Assembly (NCBI GenBank): GCA_963725365.1
Contig: CAVRZU010000183.1
Span: 1-53,876, forward strand
Direction: 5' to 3'
Origin: an uncultured delta proteobacterium
GTDB lineage: Bacteria > Desulfobacterota > Syntrophobacteria > Syntrophobacterales > Syntrophobacteraceae
Length of the DNA stretch: 53,876 bases
Shown piece after piece: positions 22,291-31,583 of this stretch. Both the position numbers and the translations under genes were made by a program. The notes under the pieces are model-generated. The model had not been told where the DNA came from. It ran no database searches and was given only the letters and a program-made list of their open reading frames with translations. Within the stretch, counting starts at the first letter, position 1, and each line of letters starts with the position of its first letter.

Positions 22291-23217
22291 TCATTCTGCC
22301 CTGTTGCGAGAAAGGGCTTGTCCTGTCAAGTTCACGGTGAGCACCATGAGCACCAGCACCAAGGCTGCGGCCCAGGCCAGTTCAACCTGGTTTTCGAACG
22401 GCATTGCCGAAAAATTGTATATCAAAACGGCCAGTGAAGCCGTAGGCTGCATCAGGTCGATTTTTCCATCGGAAGCAAGCCAATAATTGCTGAAAAGAGC
22501 TGTAAACAACAAGGGAGCTGTTTCACCTGCCGCTCGCGCTACCGCCAGCATAATTCCGGTGAGAATTCCCGGAAACGCAGTGGGGAGCAAAACCATCCAT
22601 ACGGTCTGGACCTGTGTGGCCCCCATACCGAGGGCGGCCTCGCGGATCTTCGAGGGCACCATGCGGATCGCCTCTTCAGCCGTAAGCATTACCGTCGGCA
22701 GCATAAGGATTGACAGGGCGATTCCACCGGCGAGGGCTGAAAACCCGCCGGTAATCAAAACAACCGCTCCATAGGCAAAGACTCCCGCCAGGATGGAAGG
22801 AAAACCTGTCATCAGCTTTGCGCACATGCGCACAACTTTTGCGAGCCTGCTTTCCGGCGCCACTTCCGCAAGAAACACTGCCGATATGATTCCAACGGGA
22901 ACGCTGATCAAAGCCGCAATTCCCACCATTATTACCGTGCCGGCAATGGCGTTTCCGAATCCTCCGCCCAGCTCGAACGCCGAGGGGGGCAGTTCGGTAA
23001 GTGCGCTCATACTCAGCTTTTTCCCGCCCCTTACGAGCAGCATGAATATCACGGAAAAAAGCGGGACCAGGGCCGTAATGGTCATCAGACCGACGAGGAC
23101 GCTCAGTACGAAACTGAATGCCGATCTGGGGCGGCGCAGCGATTTCTCCAATTGGTGAATGTCGATTCTGACGGGTTCATCAACCGTGCTGACCGCGGGA
23201 TAAACGGTCTTGTTCAT
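22291..23217 (-). CDS. pstA: Phosphate ABC transporter permease PstA
   Basis: Multi-TM permease with an EAA-like loop (EEAIRMVPSKIREAALGMGAT). It is the third gene in pstSCAB order. Confidence 0.85.
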   Translation of the reverse strand: MNKTVYPAVSTVDEPVRIDIHQLEKSLRRPRSAFSFVLSVLVGLMTITALVPLFSVIFMLLVRGGKKLSMSALTELPPSAFELGGGFGNAIAGTVIMVGIAALISVPVGIISAVFLAEVAPESRLAKVVRMCAKLMTGFPSILAGVFAYGAVVLITGGFSALAGGIALSILMLPTVMLTAEEAIRMVPSKIREAALGMGATQVQTVWMVLLPTAFPGILTGIMLAVARAAGETAPLLFTALFSNYWLASDGKIDLMQPTASLAVLIYNFSAMPFENQVELAWAAALVLVLMVLTVNLTGQALSRNRAE

Positions 23218-24260
23218 TGCTTCGCTCCTTCCGGGCCGGCAGAGGCCTTATCCAGGATAAAAGCTCCCACCACGTTTACCAGCAAGGTGATTCCCAGCAG
23301 GATGAGGGCTGCGAACATCAAAACCCCTATCTCGCCCGGGCCCGCCTCGGCGAAGTTGTTTGCCAGAAGGGCGGCCAGGGTATTGCCCGGCGAAAACAAG
23401 GACCAACTGATCACATTCGAGTTGCCGATCAGCATGGCCAGGGCCATCGTCTCGCCAAGCGCCCTGCCGAACGCCAAGATAACGGCCCCGAAAATCCCTT
23501 TTGACGCCGTTGGAAGAATAACGCCCAGAATGGTTTCCCACCGGGTAGCACCCAGGCCGTAAGCTGCCTGGCGTAATTTGGGCGGCACGGCAAGCAGTGA
23601 ATTGAGGCTTATGGCGGCAATAGTGGGCATGATCATGACGGAGAGCACAATGCCGGCCGGCAACATACCCGGCCCGCTCAGGGTGGTGCTGAATATGGGA
23701 ATCCAGCCCAGCTTCACCTGGAACCATTGGCACAAGGGTCTGATAAGGGGTATGATGAAATATATTCCCCACAGCCCGTAGACCACACTGGGAATAGCAG
23801 CGAGAAGTTCGATGAGGTTCTTTAAAAGAACTTCAAACCGGTCCGGCAGTTTTCCCAAGAAAGGGTGGAACTGGACGCCAAAGAGCTTCAAAACGGAGAA
23901 TACCAGGGCGGCAAGGAAATGTTCGCTCAGAAAAACGGCCACTGCAACGCCGAACAAGGCGCCAAGGACCAGGGCCAACAAGGAACTGTACAGCGTACCC
24001 CAGATCTCGGGCAGGACCCCGAACTCTTTGGTGTTGGGGTCCCACTTGGTCCCCGTGACGAATCCCCAGCCGTACTTGCTCATGGCCGGGACAGCCTGCC
24101 TCGCTATAGTGTACGCTATGTACAAAACGAGCAGTACGGTCAGCCACGCAAACAAATAACTGGCCAATCTGAAGGCGGTGTTGCCGTGCTTCTCAAAGGC
24201 CGTGGGAGCGCGAGTGATCGAATCACCCTTACTGGTCGCGTTAGTGCCGGTTTCAGCCAT
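23214..24260 (-). CDS. pstC: Phosphate ABC transporter permease PstC
   Basis: Multi-TM permease (LRQAAYGLGATRWE). It overlaps pstA by 4 nt and follows pstS. Confidence 0.85.
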   Translation of the reverse strand: MAETGTNATSKGDSITRAPTAFEKHGNTAFRLASYLFAWLTVLLVLYIAYTIARQAVPAMSKYGWGFVTGTKWDPNTKEFGVLPEIWGTLYSSLLALVLGALFGVAVAVFLSEHFLAALVFSVLKLFGVQFHPFLGKLPDRFEVLLKNLIELLAAIPSVVYGLWGIYFIIPLIRPLCQWFQVKLGWIPIFSTTLSGPGMLPAGIVLSVMIMPTIAAISLNSLLAVPPKLRQAAYGLGATRWETILGVILPTASKGIFGAVILAFGRALGETMALAMLIGNSNVISWSLFSPGNTLAALLANNFAEAGPGEIGVLMFAALILLGITLLVNVVGAFILDKASAGPEGAKQ

Positions 24261-24285
24261 GCAAGATTCCCATCTCCACCGGTGC

Positions 24286-25335
24286 TTATTTACCCTGAAT
24301 GTTTTCGAGGGCAGCTTTATCCCTGGCCACTACGGAAGCGGGCAATGGAATATAGCCGAGCAGTGCGCTGCTCCTCTGACCTTCAGTCAGGCAGTACTCG
24401 ACCACGTCCTTAACTGCCTTGAGCTTGTTCGCATCGTCGTATTTCTTATAGAAAAGCATCCAGGTAAACGTTACGACCGGATATGAAGCATCCCCGTCGG
24501 GATCAGACACCCACGCCACAAGGTCGGCAGGCAGTTCCACCGCCGCCAGCGCCGCCTGGGCGGCCTCCGGTGTGGGTTTTACAAATTTTCCAGCCTTGTT
24601 CTCGATCGTCGCCATCGGGACCTTCTGAAAGGCTGCATAACCATATTCGATATAGCCAATCGACCCTGGGGTGGTGCGAATGGCGGCCGTAACCCCTTCG
24701 TTGCCCTTTGAGCGAGTCCCAACGGACCAGTTGGGCATGTTGTTGATCCCCGGGCTTTTTGCGAATTCAGCGCTGATCGTTGAAAGATGCCGTGTGAAAA
24801 CGTTTGTCGTGCCGCTGCTATCGGCCCGGACAATAACGTTGATGGGGCTGTCGGGCAGGTTGACGCCCGGATTGCTCTTTGCAATAGCGGGATCGTTCCA
24901 TTTGGTCACTTTGCCGAGGAAAATACCTGCGTAGGCCTCACGGCTGAGTTTCAGCTCGGGAACCCCCGGCAGGTTGTAAGCGAGAACAATGCTGCCCGCC
25001 GTCATGGGGAGCAACTGGACCCCGGCGGCGACTTGTGCTATCTCTTCCTTGGTCATAGCCGCATCGCTGGCGCCAAAATCAACCGTTTTGTTGATGAAAT
25101 TCTTTACGCCGCTGCCGCTGCCCACAGACTGATAGTCGACCTGGACATTCTGATGATGGGCATGAAAATCCTTGAACCACTTATTGTAGAGTGGGGCTGG
25201 AAAACTGGCTCCCGCTCCAGTCAGTCTTACATGCGCGGCAGACTCGTCTGCTCCAAGCGCATAGCCCTGAAAACAAACCAGTAAAATCACAAAAGCGGTC
25301 AAGACATTTCGAATTTTCATCCCTTTTCCTTTCAA
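24286..25335 (-). CDS. pstS: Phosphate ABC transporter substrate-binding protein (promoter-proximal copy)
   Basis: Signal peptide, then GAGASFPAPLYNKWF and DFGASDAAMTKEE. Paralogous to 20297-21403. Confidence 0.9.
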   Translation of the reverse strand: MKGKGMKIRNVLTAFVILLVCFQGYALGADESAAHVRLTGAGASFPAPLYNKWFKDFHAHHQNVQVDYQSVGSGSGVKNFINKTVDFGASDAAMTKEEIAQVAAGVQLLPMTAGSIVLAYNLPGVPELKLSREAYAGIFLGKVTKWNDPAIAKSNPGVNLPDSPINVIVRADSSGTTNVFTRHLSTISAEFAKSPGINNMPNWSVGTRSKGNEGVTAAIRTTPGSIGYIEYGYAAFQKVPMATIENKAGKFVKPTPEAAQAALAAVELPADLVAWVSDPDGDASYPVVTFTWMLFYKKYDDANKLKAVKDVVEYCLTEGQRSSALLGYIPLPASVVARDKAALENIQGK

Positions 25336-25530
25336 CGCCGAGTATGGTTACGCACGGAAGGCATTTTCCCCTGAAGACTCTTAAAGACCGGCGCGAACCC
25401 GCCACCACTAAACTCTCATCTGCTTCTTGACTTGATAGCCACTATTCAAGTATTTGTAAACGGTCAGTCAAATTGGCGTTTTGTGCCCGCTGATCCTTAC
25501 GGAGTCGAGTCTACAAGGACGTAGAGTGTA

Positions 25531-25558
25531 TTACTGCTATGTTACATTTACGTTAAGA
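25531..25558 (+). promoter_or_regulatory. Candidate Pho-box-like site: three hexamer direct repeats with 11-bp phasing
   Basis: TTACTG-ctatg-TTACAT-ttacg-TTAAGA, in the divergent pstS / carbamoyltransferase intergenic region. Confidence 0.35.
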
Positions 25559-25623
25559 ATATGTGATAGCTTTGTTGCGGGGGCGATCTGCGCAAATTCC
25601 ATCAAACCAGGCGAAAGGTCACA

Positions 25624-27360
25624 GTGAAACGTTTCTATATCGGTATAGCGACAACATTTCATGATTCAGCGCTCTCAATAGTAGACGCAAACGGAGAGAT
25701 TTTGTTTGCCGAGGCGACTGAGCGCTACCTGCAATACAAGAGGGCTTTTAATTGCGAGGCCGACAACTTCGTGCGGGTCCCTCAACTCCTTAAGAAGTAC
25801 TGCGACCCCGACGCCGAATACGTGTTTGCCACAACATGGAGTGATAATGTTGTTGGAGTGCTCGATGGACTCTCCGAAGCCGGGACTTTCAGCCTCGATA
25901 AAGTGCGCGACTCATCAACCGAGGTCAATCGCTCCCTGGTGAAAGAATATTCCGAGCTTGTTTTCCTGGCTTATCTTCATGCAGCCCAAAGAACTGCCGG
26001 ACACGGGCTTGTACATGGGCTGCAGGAAGCGTTCGGACATTCACGATTCCAAATTAAGCGATATCCTCATCACTTGACCCACGCGGCATATTCCTGTCTC
26101 ACCAGCCCCTTCCGGGAAGCCGCCTGCATGGTCGTAGACGGAATCGGCGAATTCGGCTCGATGGCGTTCTACAGGTACTCGGATGGAAACATCGAGACGG
26201 TAAAAAGGCATAAGGGCCCAGAAAGCCTAGGCTTTTTTTACGGCCTTGTCACCGATCTTTGCGGCTTCGATCTCAAAAAGGGCGAAGAGTGGAAAGTAAT
26301 GGGACTTGCCCCTTACGGGCGGTTCGACCCTGAGATGTATGCCCTTCTCAGCAAAATCTATTATTTCGACTCCGGCAGGCTCAAATTCGTTCCCCTGAAG
26401 GAAATACGAAATGTAATAAATGAGCTTCGTAAAATTATAAGTCCATGGAATGTGTCTCCGGAAAAAGCGGCTGACCTTGCCAACGTGGGGCAGGCCATAT
26501 TCTGTGAAATAATGCTCACCCTGATCAGGGATTTCGAGCAAAATTGCAGCTCCCTCAACCTAACGCTGGGGGGAGGCTGTGCGTTGAATTCCTCTTTTAA
26601 TGGAGCGATTCTTTCGCAGACCGGTTTTGAAAATCTGTATGTCCCGTCCGCCCCGGCCGATGACGGGGCAGCCATCGGAGCAGCTCTGCTGGCTTTCTGC
26701 GAAGACAACCCCGGCTACAGGCCTGAGGGGAAGTTTCTAACTCCATACCTTGGCACGCAGATGTCAACAGATCCGATATTGAGGATGATCGAGTTCAGGG
26801 CTGAGAGCAAAGTTCAACACCTGCCTCAAAATATTTGCGAACGGGCGGCATCGCTTCTCGCCGAGGGAAAACTTCTCGGCTGGGTTCAGGGCCGGGCAGA
26901 GTTTGGGCCGCGAGCTCTTGGAAACAGGTCTATAGTCGCCGATCCCCGGCCAGCGGATATGAAGGACCGAATCAATGCAAGGGTCAAACTGCGCGAGCCG
27001 TTCCGCCCCTTTGCCCCATCAATTCTGCACGAGTACGGAGACGAGTACTTCGAAAACTACCAGGAAGCCCCATACATGGAAAGAACGCTGCGCTTCAGGG
27101 CTGAAGCCGCATTGAAAATACCTGCCGTAGTTCATGTTAACGGGACCGGAAGAGTGCAGACGGTCAAGGCCGAATGGAACCCTAAATATTACAGGCTGAT
27201 CAAATGCTTTCATGACCTCACCGGTATCCCCCTGGTGCTCAACACGAGTCTTAACATCATGGGAAAACCGATTATTCACTCAGCCGAAGACGCTATAGCC
27301 TTGTTCTATACCTCAGGCCTCGACGCCCTTGTTATCGAAGACTATCTGATTACGAAATAG
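25624..27360 (+). CDS. Carbamoyltransferase (NodU/CmcH family)
   Basis: Contains IGIATTFHDSALSIVD, HHLTHAAYS, GGCALNSSFNG, GPRALGNRSI and PFRPFAPS. GTG start. Confidence 0.8.
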   Translation: MKRFYIGIATTFHDSALSIVDANGEILFAEATERYLQYKRAFNCEADNFVRVPQLLKKYCDPDAEYVFATTWSDNVVGVLDGLSEAGTFSLDKVRDSSTEVNRSLVKEYSELVFLAYLHAAQRTAGHGLVHGLQEAFGHSRFQIKRYPHHLTHAAYSCLTSPFREAACMVVDGIGEFGSMAFYRYSDGNIETVKRHKGPESLGFFYGLVTDLCGFDLKKGEEWKVMGLAPYGRFDPEMYALLSKIYYFDSGRLKFVPLKEIRNVINELRKIISPWNVSPEKAADLANVGQAIFCEIMLTLIRDFEQNCSSLNLTLGGGCALNSSFNGAILSQTGFENLYVPSAPADDGAAIGAALLAFCEDNPGYRPEGKFLTPYLGTQMSTDPILRMIEFRAESKVQHLPQNICERAASLLAEGKLLGWVQGRAEFGPRALGNRSIVADPRPADMKDRINARVKLREPFRPFAPSILHEYGDEYFENYQEAPYMERTLRFRAEAALKIPAVVHVNGTGRVQTVKAEWNPKYYRLIKCFHDLTGIPLVLNTSLNIMGKPIIHSAEDAIALFYTSGLDALVIEDYLITK

Positions 27361-27390
27361 GTTTACGAATACTATGAATCGAGGGAGCGC

Positions 27391-27690
27391 ATGATGGATC
27401 AGGAAATAAATGTTGTCGCCAGTCTTAAAGCAAAAGAAGGCAGGGAGCAGGAACTTAAGGAACTTCTCCTGACCCTAATTGAGCCAAGCAGATCGGATGA
27501 AGGCTGCATTAGATACGATCTGCACCAGTCGATCAAAGACCCTGCTCTGTTCGTATTCTATGAAGCCTGGCAGAGCAAGGATCATTTGAAAAAGCACTCC
27601 GCCACATCTCACGTGCAAAGTTACAGGGCCAAGGCAAAGGACCTGCTCGCAGAACCGGGCGAAATAACGTTGCTGGCGAAGATAAGTTAG
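27391..27690 (+). CDS. ABM-domain (antibiotic biosynthesis monooxygenase-like) protein
   Basis: 99 aa, containing GCIRYDLHQS...FVFYEAWQSKDHLKKH. Confidence 0.65.
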   Translation: MMDQEINVVASLKAKEGREQELKELLLTLIEPSRSDEGCIRYDLHQSIKDPALFVFYEAWQSKDHLKKHSATSHVQSYRAKAKDLLAEPGEITLLAKIS

Positions 27691-27720
27691 GCGATGGGAC
27701 CGCCTGCCGGTTTCCTTTTT

Positions 27721-27945
27721 TCAGCACCCTGACAGGTCCTCAAGGACATCTTCAAGACGCAACTTCGGCTCGTGTGTCCGCTCCTCGAACGCGGATAGCT
27801 CCTCGGCATCTTCTTCAAGCTTTAACCTGACGGCCTCATTGACCAGATCGGAAATGGTGCGGTTTGACTCCGCCGCCTTAAGCATGAGAGCCCGATGAAG
27901 TTCGGAATCCAGATAAATTGTGGCTCGCTTCTGTGTCGTTTTCAT
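27721..27945 (-). CDS. Ribbon-helix-helix (CopG-like) antitoxin-type protein, no partner toxin
   Basis: RATIYLDSELHRALMLKAAESNRTISDLVNEAV is a typical RHH N-terminus. No toxin ORF lies downstream. Confidence 0.6.
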   Translation of the reverse strand: MKTTQKRATIYLDSELHRALMLKAAESNRTISDLVNEAVRLKLEEDAEELSAFEERTHEPKLRLEDVLEDLSGC

Positions 27946-28067
27946 GGTTTAAATTTAATACCCGGACGTCTATACGTCAACGAAGTTTCAAACCGGCAGC
28001 CCCTGCGATTCCGGCGGGCTATAGCGAGTCGCCGTTGGCGCCGGCCTGATCGGCCCTTCGAAAGAGA

Positions 28068-28096
28068 TTGACAAAATCCGGCGGATTTTCTATTCT
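28068..28096 (+). promoter_or_regulatory. Sigma70-type promoter for the aroF/pheA leader
   Basis: TTGACA (28068-28073), a 17-nt spacer, then TATTCT (28091-28096). Confidence 0.5.
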
Positions 28097-28211
28097 TCCT
28101 GGCGGACCCTCACTACGTTTCGGGCCTCCCGCTATACCCGGAGGCCGCGCGGGCGATGCTTCAAGTCCGCGCCCGATCTTTTGTGAGGGCGGAAATAAGA
28201 AAGGGTTCTCA

Positions 28212-28340
28212 ATGAATAAGGAAATGCTTTTCGATATTTGCCTGTTCTTCCCTGGTTTGCGCAAATCGCTTGGACGCACTTTTTCGTCCTTTTGCGGCTT
28301 CTTTTTTTTCTTTTTTAGGAGCGCCCACCTGGGATGTTAG
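28212..28340 (+). CDS. Candidate Phe-rich attenuation leader peptide (42 aa)
   Basis: MNKEMLFDICLFFPGLRKSLGRTFSSFCGFFFFFFRSAHLGC has 12 Phe, including six consecutive Phe codons. It lies just 5' of a strong terminator and of the Phe-pathway genes. Confidence 0.5.
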   Translation: MNKEMLFDICLFFPGLRKSLGRTFSSFCGFFFFFFRSAHLGC

Positions 28341-28401
28341 CTTTTTGAAAAAAAGCTCCGGGTGGTGCAGCAAACTTCCCCGGGGCGCCAAGAACATTAA
28401 A

Positions 28402-28430
28402 CCCCGAGGAGTTTCTCTTCGGGGTTTTTT
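28402..28430 (+). terminator. Intrinsic terminator (attenuator) before aroF
   Basis: CCCCGAGGAG-ttt-CTCTTCGGGG forms a 10-bp stem (one G-U pair) followed by TTTTTT. It sits 39 nt upstream of the GTG start at 28469. Confidence 0.75.
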
Positions 28431-28468
28431 ATTGCAGTCAACTCAACAACCTGATCGGAGGATATGCC

Positions 28469-29503
28469 GTGATTCTCGTACTTGAAAAAGGCGTAACGCA
28501 GCAACAAGTGGAAAGACTCAAAGATTTACTTCGTTCCGAGGGCCATATGGTGAAAGAAATAGGTGGCGTGGAGGAACAGGTACTGGGAATTGTAGGCAAG
28601 ATGTACAGGGAGAGCTCGTATTATGGAGCGTTGCCCGGAGTCGAAAGGGCCGTGCCCATATCCAAGCCCTACAAGCTGGTGAGCCGGGAACTCCATCCCG
28701 CTGCATCCATCATTAAGGTCGGAGACGTCACAATAGGAGGAGACCGTCTGGTGGTAATTGCGGGTCCATGCGGCGTTGAGGACAGGAAAACAACGATGGA
28801 CATTGCCCGCGTCGTTCGTAAACACGGGGCGGTGCTTTTCCGGGGCGGGGCATTCAAACCGAGGACCTCGCCTTATGCCTTCCAGGGCCTGGGGGAGGAA
28901 GGGCTGAAGATACTCAGTGAGGTAAGGCAGGAAACAGGGCTTGGAATAGTTACGGAAATGACCTCCCCGAGCCAGGCCGACCTGATGATGAAATACGTCG
29001 ATGTCGTTCAGATCGGTGCCAGGAATATGCAAAATTTCGAACTGCTGAAGTCTGTCGGCCGAATAGGCAAGCCGGTGCTTTTGAAGCGGGGGTTGTCGGC
29101 GACTATCGAGGAATGGCTCATGTCCGCCGAGTATATTCTCTCGGAAGGAAACGACCAGGTGATCCTGTGCGAGCGAGGGATTCGCACGTTCGAGCGCTAC
29201 ACGCGAAACACCCTGGACCTTACTGCTGTTCCGGTCATAAAGAAGCTTACTCACCTGCCGATCATAGTGGACCCGAGCCATGCCACGGGAATCAGGGCAA
29301 AAGTGAGTCCCATGGCCCGAGCCTCCATAGCCGCAGGCGCCGACGGCCTCATAATCGAGGTGCACACCCAACCGGAAAAAGCACTGTCCGACGGCCCCCA
29401 GAGCCTCTATCCGGAACAATTCGAACAGTTGATGAGAGATCTTTACGCAATTGCTCCCGTTGTTGGAAAGCAGGTCGATTTTGCTTACCTGGACAAAGCA
29501 ACG
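28469..29503 (+). CDS. aroF: DAHP synthase, type I-beta, with an N-terminal ferredoxin-like/ACT regulatory domain
   Basis: Contains [57 protein letters not shown] and [10 protein letters not shown]. There is no stop codon before the pheA-like part. Confidence 0.85.
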
Positions 29504-29506
29504 ATC

Positions 29507-30365
29507 ATGACGCGGCCCAGGGGCGAGAGCAAAGCGCCCGCGACTGTTGTCTACAGCAGAGTTGCCGGTTCCTTTTCCCACAAGGCATGCATGCAGTTTT
29601 TCGGCAATGAGGTCCCCTGCGCAACAGTTCCTCATTCAGAGAAGTCTTCACCCTTGTGGACAGCGAACAGGCGGCCTTCGGCGTCGTGCCCGTCGAAAAC
29701 AGCCTTACGGGCAGCATCCATGAGAACTACGACCTGCTCCTGGAATATGACTTGAAAATCGTCGGTGAGTTGACCCTGAGGATCAAACACAATCTCCTGG
29801 GACATCCAAATGCTCCAATAGATGGTTTGGAAAAAATCTACTCCCATCCCCAGGCTTTTCAGCAGTGCAGAGAATATCTGGAAAAAAATCCCGTCTGGGA
29901 CCTGGTGGCGTGCAAAGATACCGCCACTGCTGTCCTGCGGGTCAAAGACGGCGCAGATCCCAAAGAAGCCGCAATAGCCGGTGAAGGCGCCGATCAGGTT
30001 GCGGGGATGGCGATCCTCAAAGAAGGCATAGAGACCAATCCGAGGAATTTCACCCGCTTTGTGGTTATATCCAGGAATGAATCGCTTCCAGGCCCTCAGA
30101 ACAAATCCTCGCTTATCTATTCGGTAAGCGATAAGCCGGGGCTTTGTTCGAGACCCTCGGGATCTTTTCGCGATACGATATAAACATCGTCAAAATCGAA
30201 TCGAGGCCGATTCACAGCAGGCCCTGGGAGTATATGTTTTATGTGGACCTGGAAACCGATATAACCGAAGAGAGCCGGAAGCATATCCTGGCTGAATTGA
30301 CAGAGAAGACAGAATTTTCCAAGTTCCTCGGAAGTTATAACAAGGGCGCCCGGGCCAATCCTTAA
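29507..30365 (+). CDS. pheA: Prephenate dehydratase with C-terminal ACT domain, with frameshifts near 29630 and 30140
   Basis: Contains VVYSRVAGSFSHKA, FGVVPVENSLTGSIHENYDLL, IYSHPQAFQQC, TNPRNFTRFVVI and the ACT part DKPG(A)LFETLGIFSRYDINIVKIESRP. Confidence 0.8.
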
Positions 30366-30372
30366 GCAGTTT

Positions 30373-30393
30373 CCATCCGGAGTTTCCGGATGG
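30373..30393. terminator. Hairpin between convergent pheA and smr
   Basis: CCATCCGGA-gtt-TCCGGATGG forms a 9-bp perfect stem. No clear U-tract follows. Confidence 0.4.
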
Positions 30394-30396
30394 ACA

Positions 30397-30686
30397 TTAA
30401 GCAGCGTTTTTCCTGAGAACGGCAATCGTTGCGCCCCAGCCGCCGTGCGTCGAACGCCCGCTTCCCGGAACGAAATCACCAGCGGGTGGCTCTTCAGGAC
30501 CCCATGGACCAGTCGGCGAAGGACCCCGATGCCCTTTCCGTGGATGATTCGAACCTCGTCGAAACCCTTTTCAACGGCTGCTTCGAGGTAGTCGTTGAGA
30601 AGGTCCTTCACTTCGTTGGGCCTGAATGTATGGAGGTCGATCGAGTCTTCGATGGGTAAGCGGACTATATCCTCTTCTTCTTTCAT
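30397..30686 (-). CDS. Smr-domain protein, with a frameshift near 30455
   Basis: Contains IDLHTFRPNEVKDLLNDYLEAAVEKGFDEVRIIHGKGIGVLRRLVHGVLKSHPLVISF. The expected end GGWGATIAVLRKNAA* is in the adjacent frame. Confidence 0.7.
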
Positions 30687-30877
30687 GGGGCAAAGGGTCC
30701 TTTTCGAATGATGAATGACGAATGATGAGAGAGCCGGTTCCTTATTCCGCATTCATCATTCCTCATTCATCGCTGTTTTTCAAAGAATGTTCTGGAAATT
30801 TCAGTCGAATTCTGTTTTGAATACCTCGCGGCATCGGATATCGTCAGTCCGAAAATTATGTAAGAGGAAACAATTCA

Positions 30878-31495
30878 ATGCTTACAAATCTGGTATCGTG
30901 TTTCGCAATTTCATGCCTGCATGCTTCGGGGTATTTCGGGGCCGCATTCCTGATGGCCCTCGAGAGCATGATAGCTCCTGTTCCGAGTGAAGCTGTAATG
31001 CCTTTTGTCGGCTTTATGGTCGTCGATGGCCAATGGAACCTCTGGGCCGCCATCCTCGCAACCAGCACCGGTTCGGTTGTCGGGTCCGCAATATCTTATG
31101 CGATGGGCTACTATGGAGGGAAGCCGTTTGTATTGAAAGTCGGCAGGTATCTGTTGCTCAATCCGCATGATCTGGAGAGGACAGAGGATTTCTTCAGACG
31201 CCGGAAGGGGACTATTACCCTTTTCATCTGCCGGTTTATACCTGTGGTGCGCCATCTCGTCTCGGTCACGGCAGGAACGGGCAAGATGGGGCTCCTGCCC
31301 TTCCTTCTTGCGACTCTTTTCGGTGCGACGCTGTGGAATTCTTTTCTCCTCGTATGCGGAATGTACCTTCGTGAAAGGTGGGAACTTGTCCTGCAATACT
31401 CCCATGAGGTCGATATAGTGGTAGTAGTTGTCCTTCTTGCCGGGTTGGCGTTTTTTGTGAAATCCCGCTATAGAGTAGCGAAGAGTGAAGGGTGA
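30878..31495 (+). CDS. DedA-family inner-membrane protein
   Basis: Contains LESMIAPVPSEAVMPFVGFM and ICRFIPVVRHLVSVTAG. Confidence 0.8.
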   Translation: MLTNLVSCFAISCLHASGYFGAAFLMALESMIAPVPSEAVMPFVGFMVVDGQWNLWAAILATSTGSVVGSAISYAMGYYGGKPFVLKVGRYLLLNPHDLERTEDFFRRRKGTITLFICRFIPVVRHLVSVTAGTGKMGLLPFLLATLFGATLWNSFLLVCGMYLRERWELVLQYSHEVDIVVVVVLLAGLAFFVKSRYRVAKSEG

Positions 31496-31583
31496 GGTAA
31501 AAAGTGAACTGGTACAGGAGCGTAAATTGACTAATTGCAGACTCCTAATTTTATGTTGGGCGGTTCAGCCGTAGGGAGGAATT

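Noticed and set aside
20534-25430. Many plus-strand ORFs of 70-180 aa across the pst operon, for example 23865-24413 and 24787-25284.
   Set aside because: They are antisense shadows of well-supported minus-strand pst genes. Their translations are low-complexity (Arg/Pro/Gly-rich) with no motifs.
28019-28340. The long ORFs 28068-28340 (+) and 28019-28279 (-) as real protein genes.
   Set aside because: They overlap each other and the promoter and leader region. Only the short Met-initiated 3' part of the plus ORF (28212-28340) makes sense, as a leader peptide.
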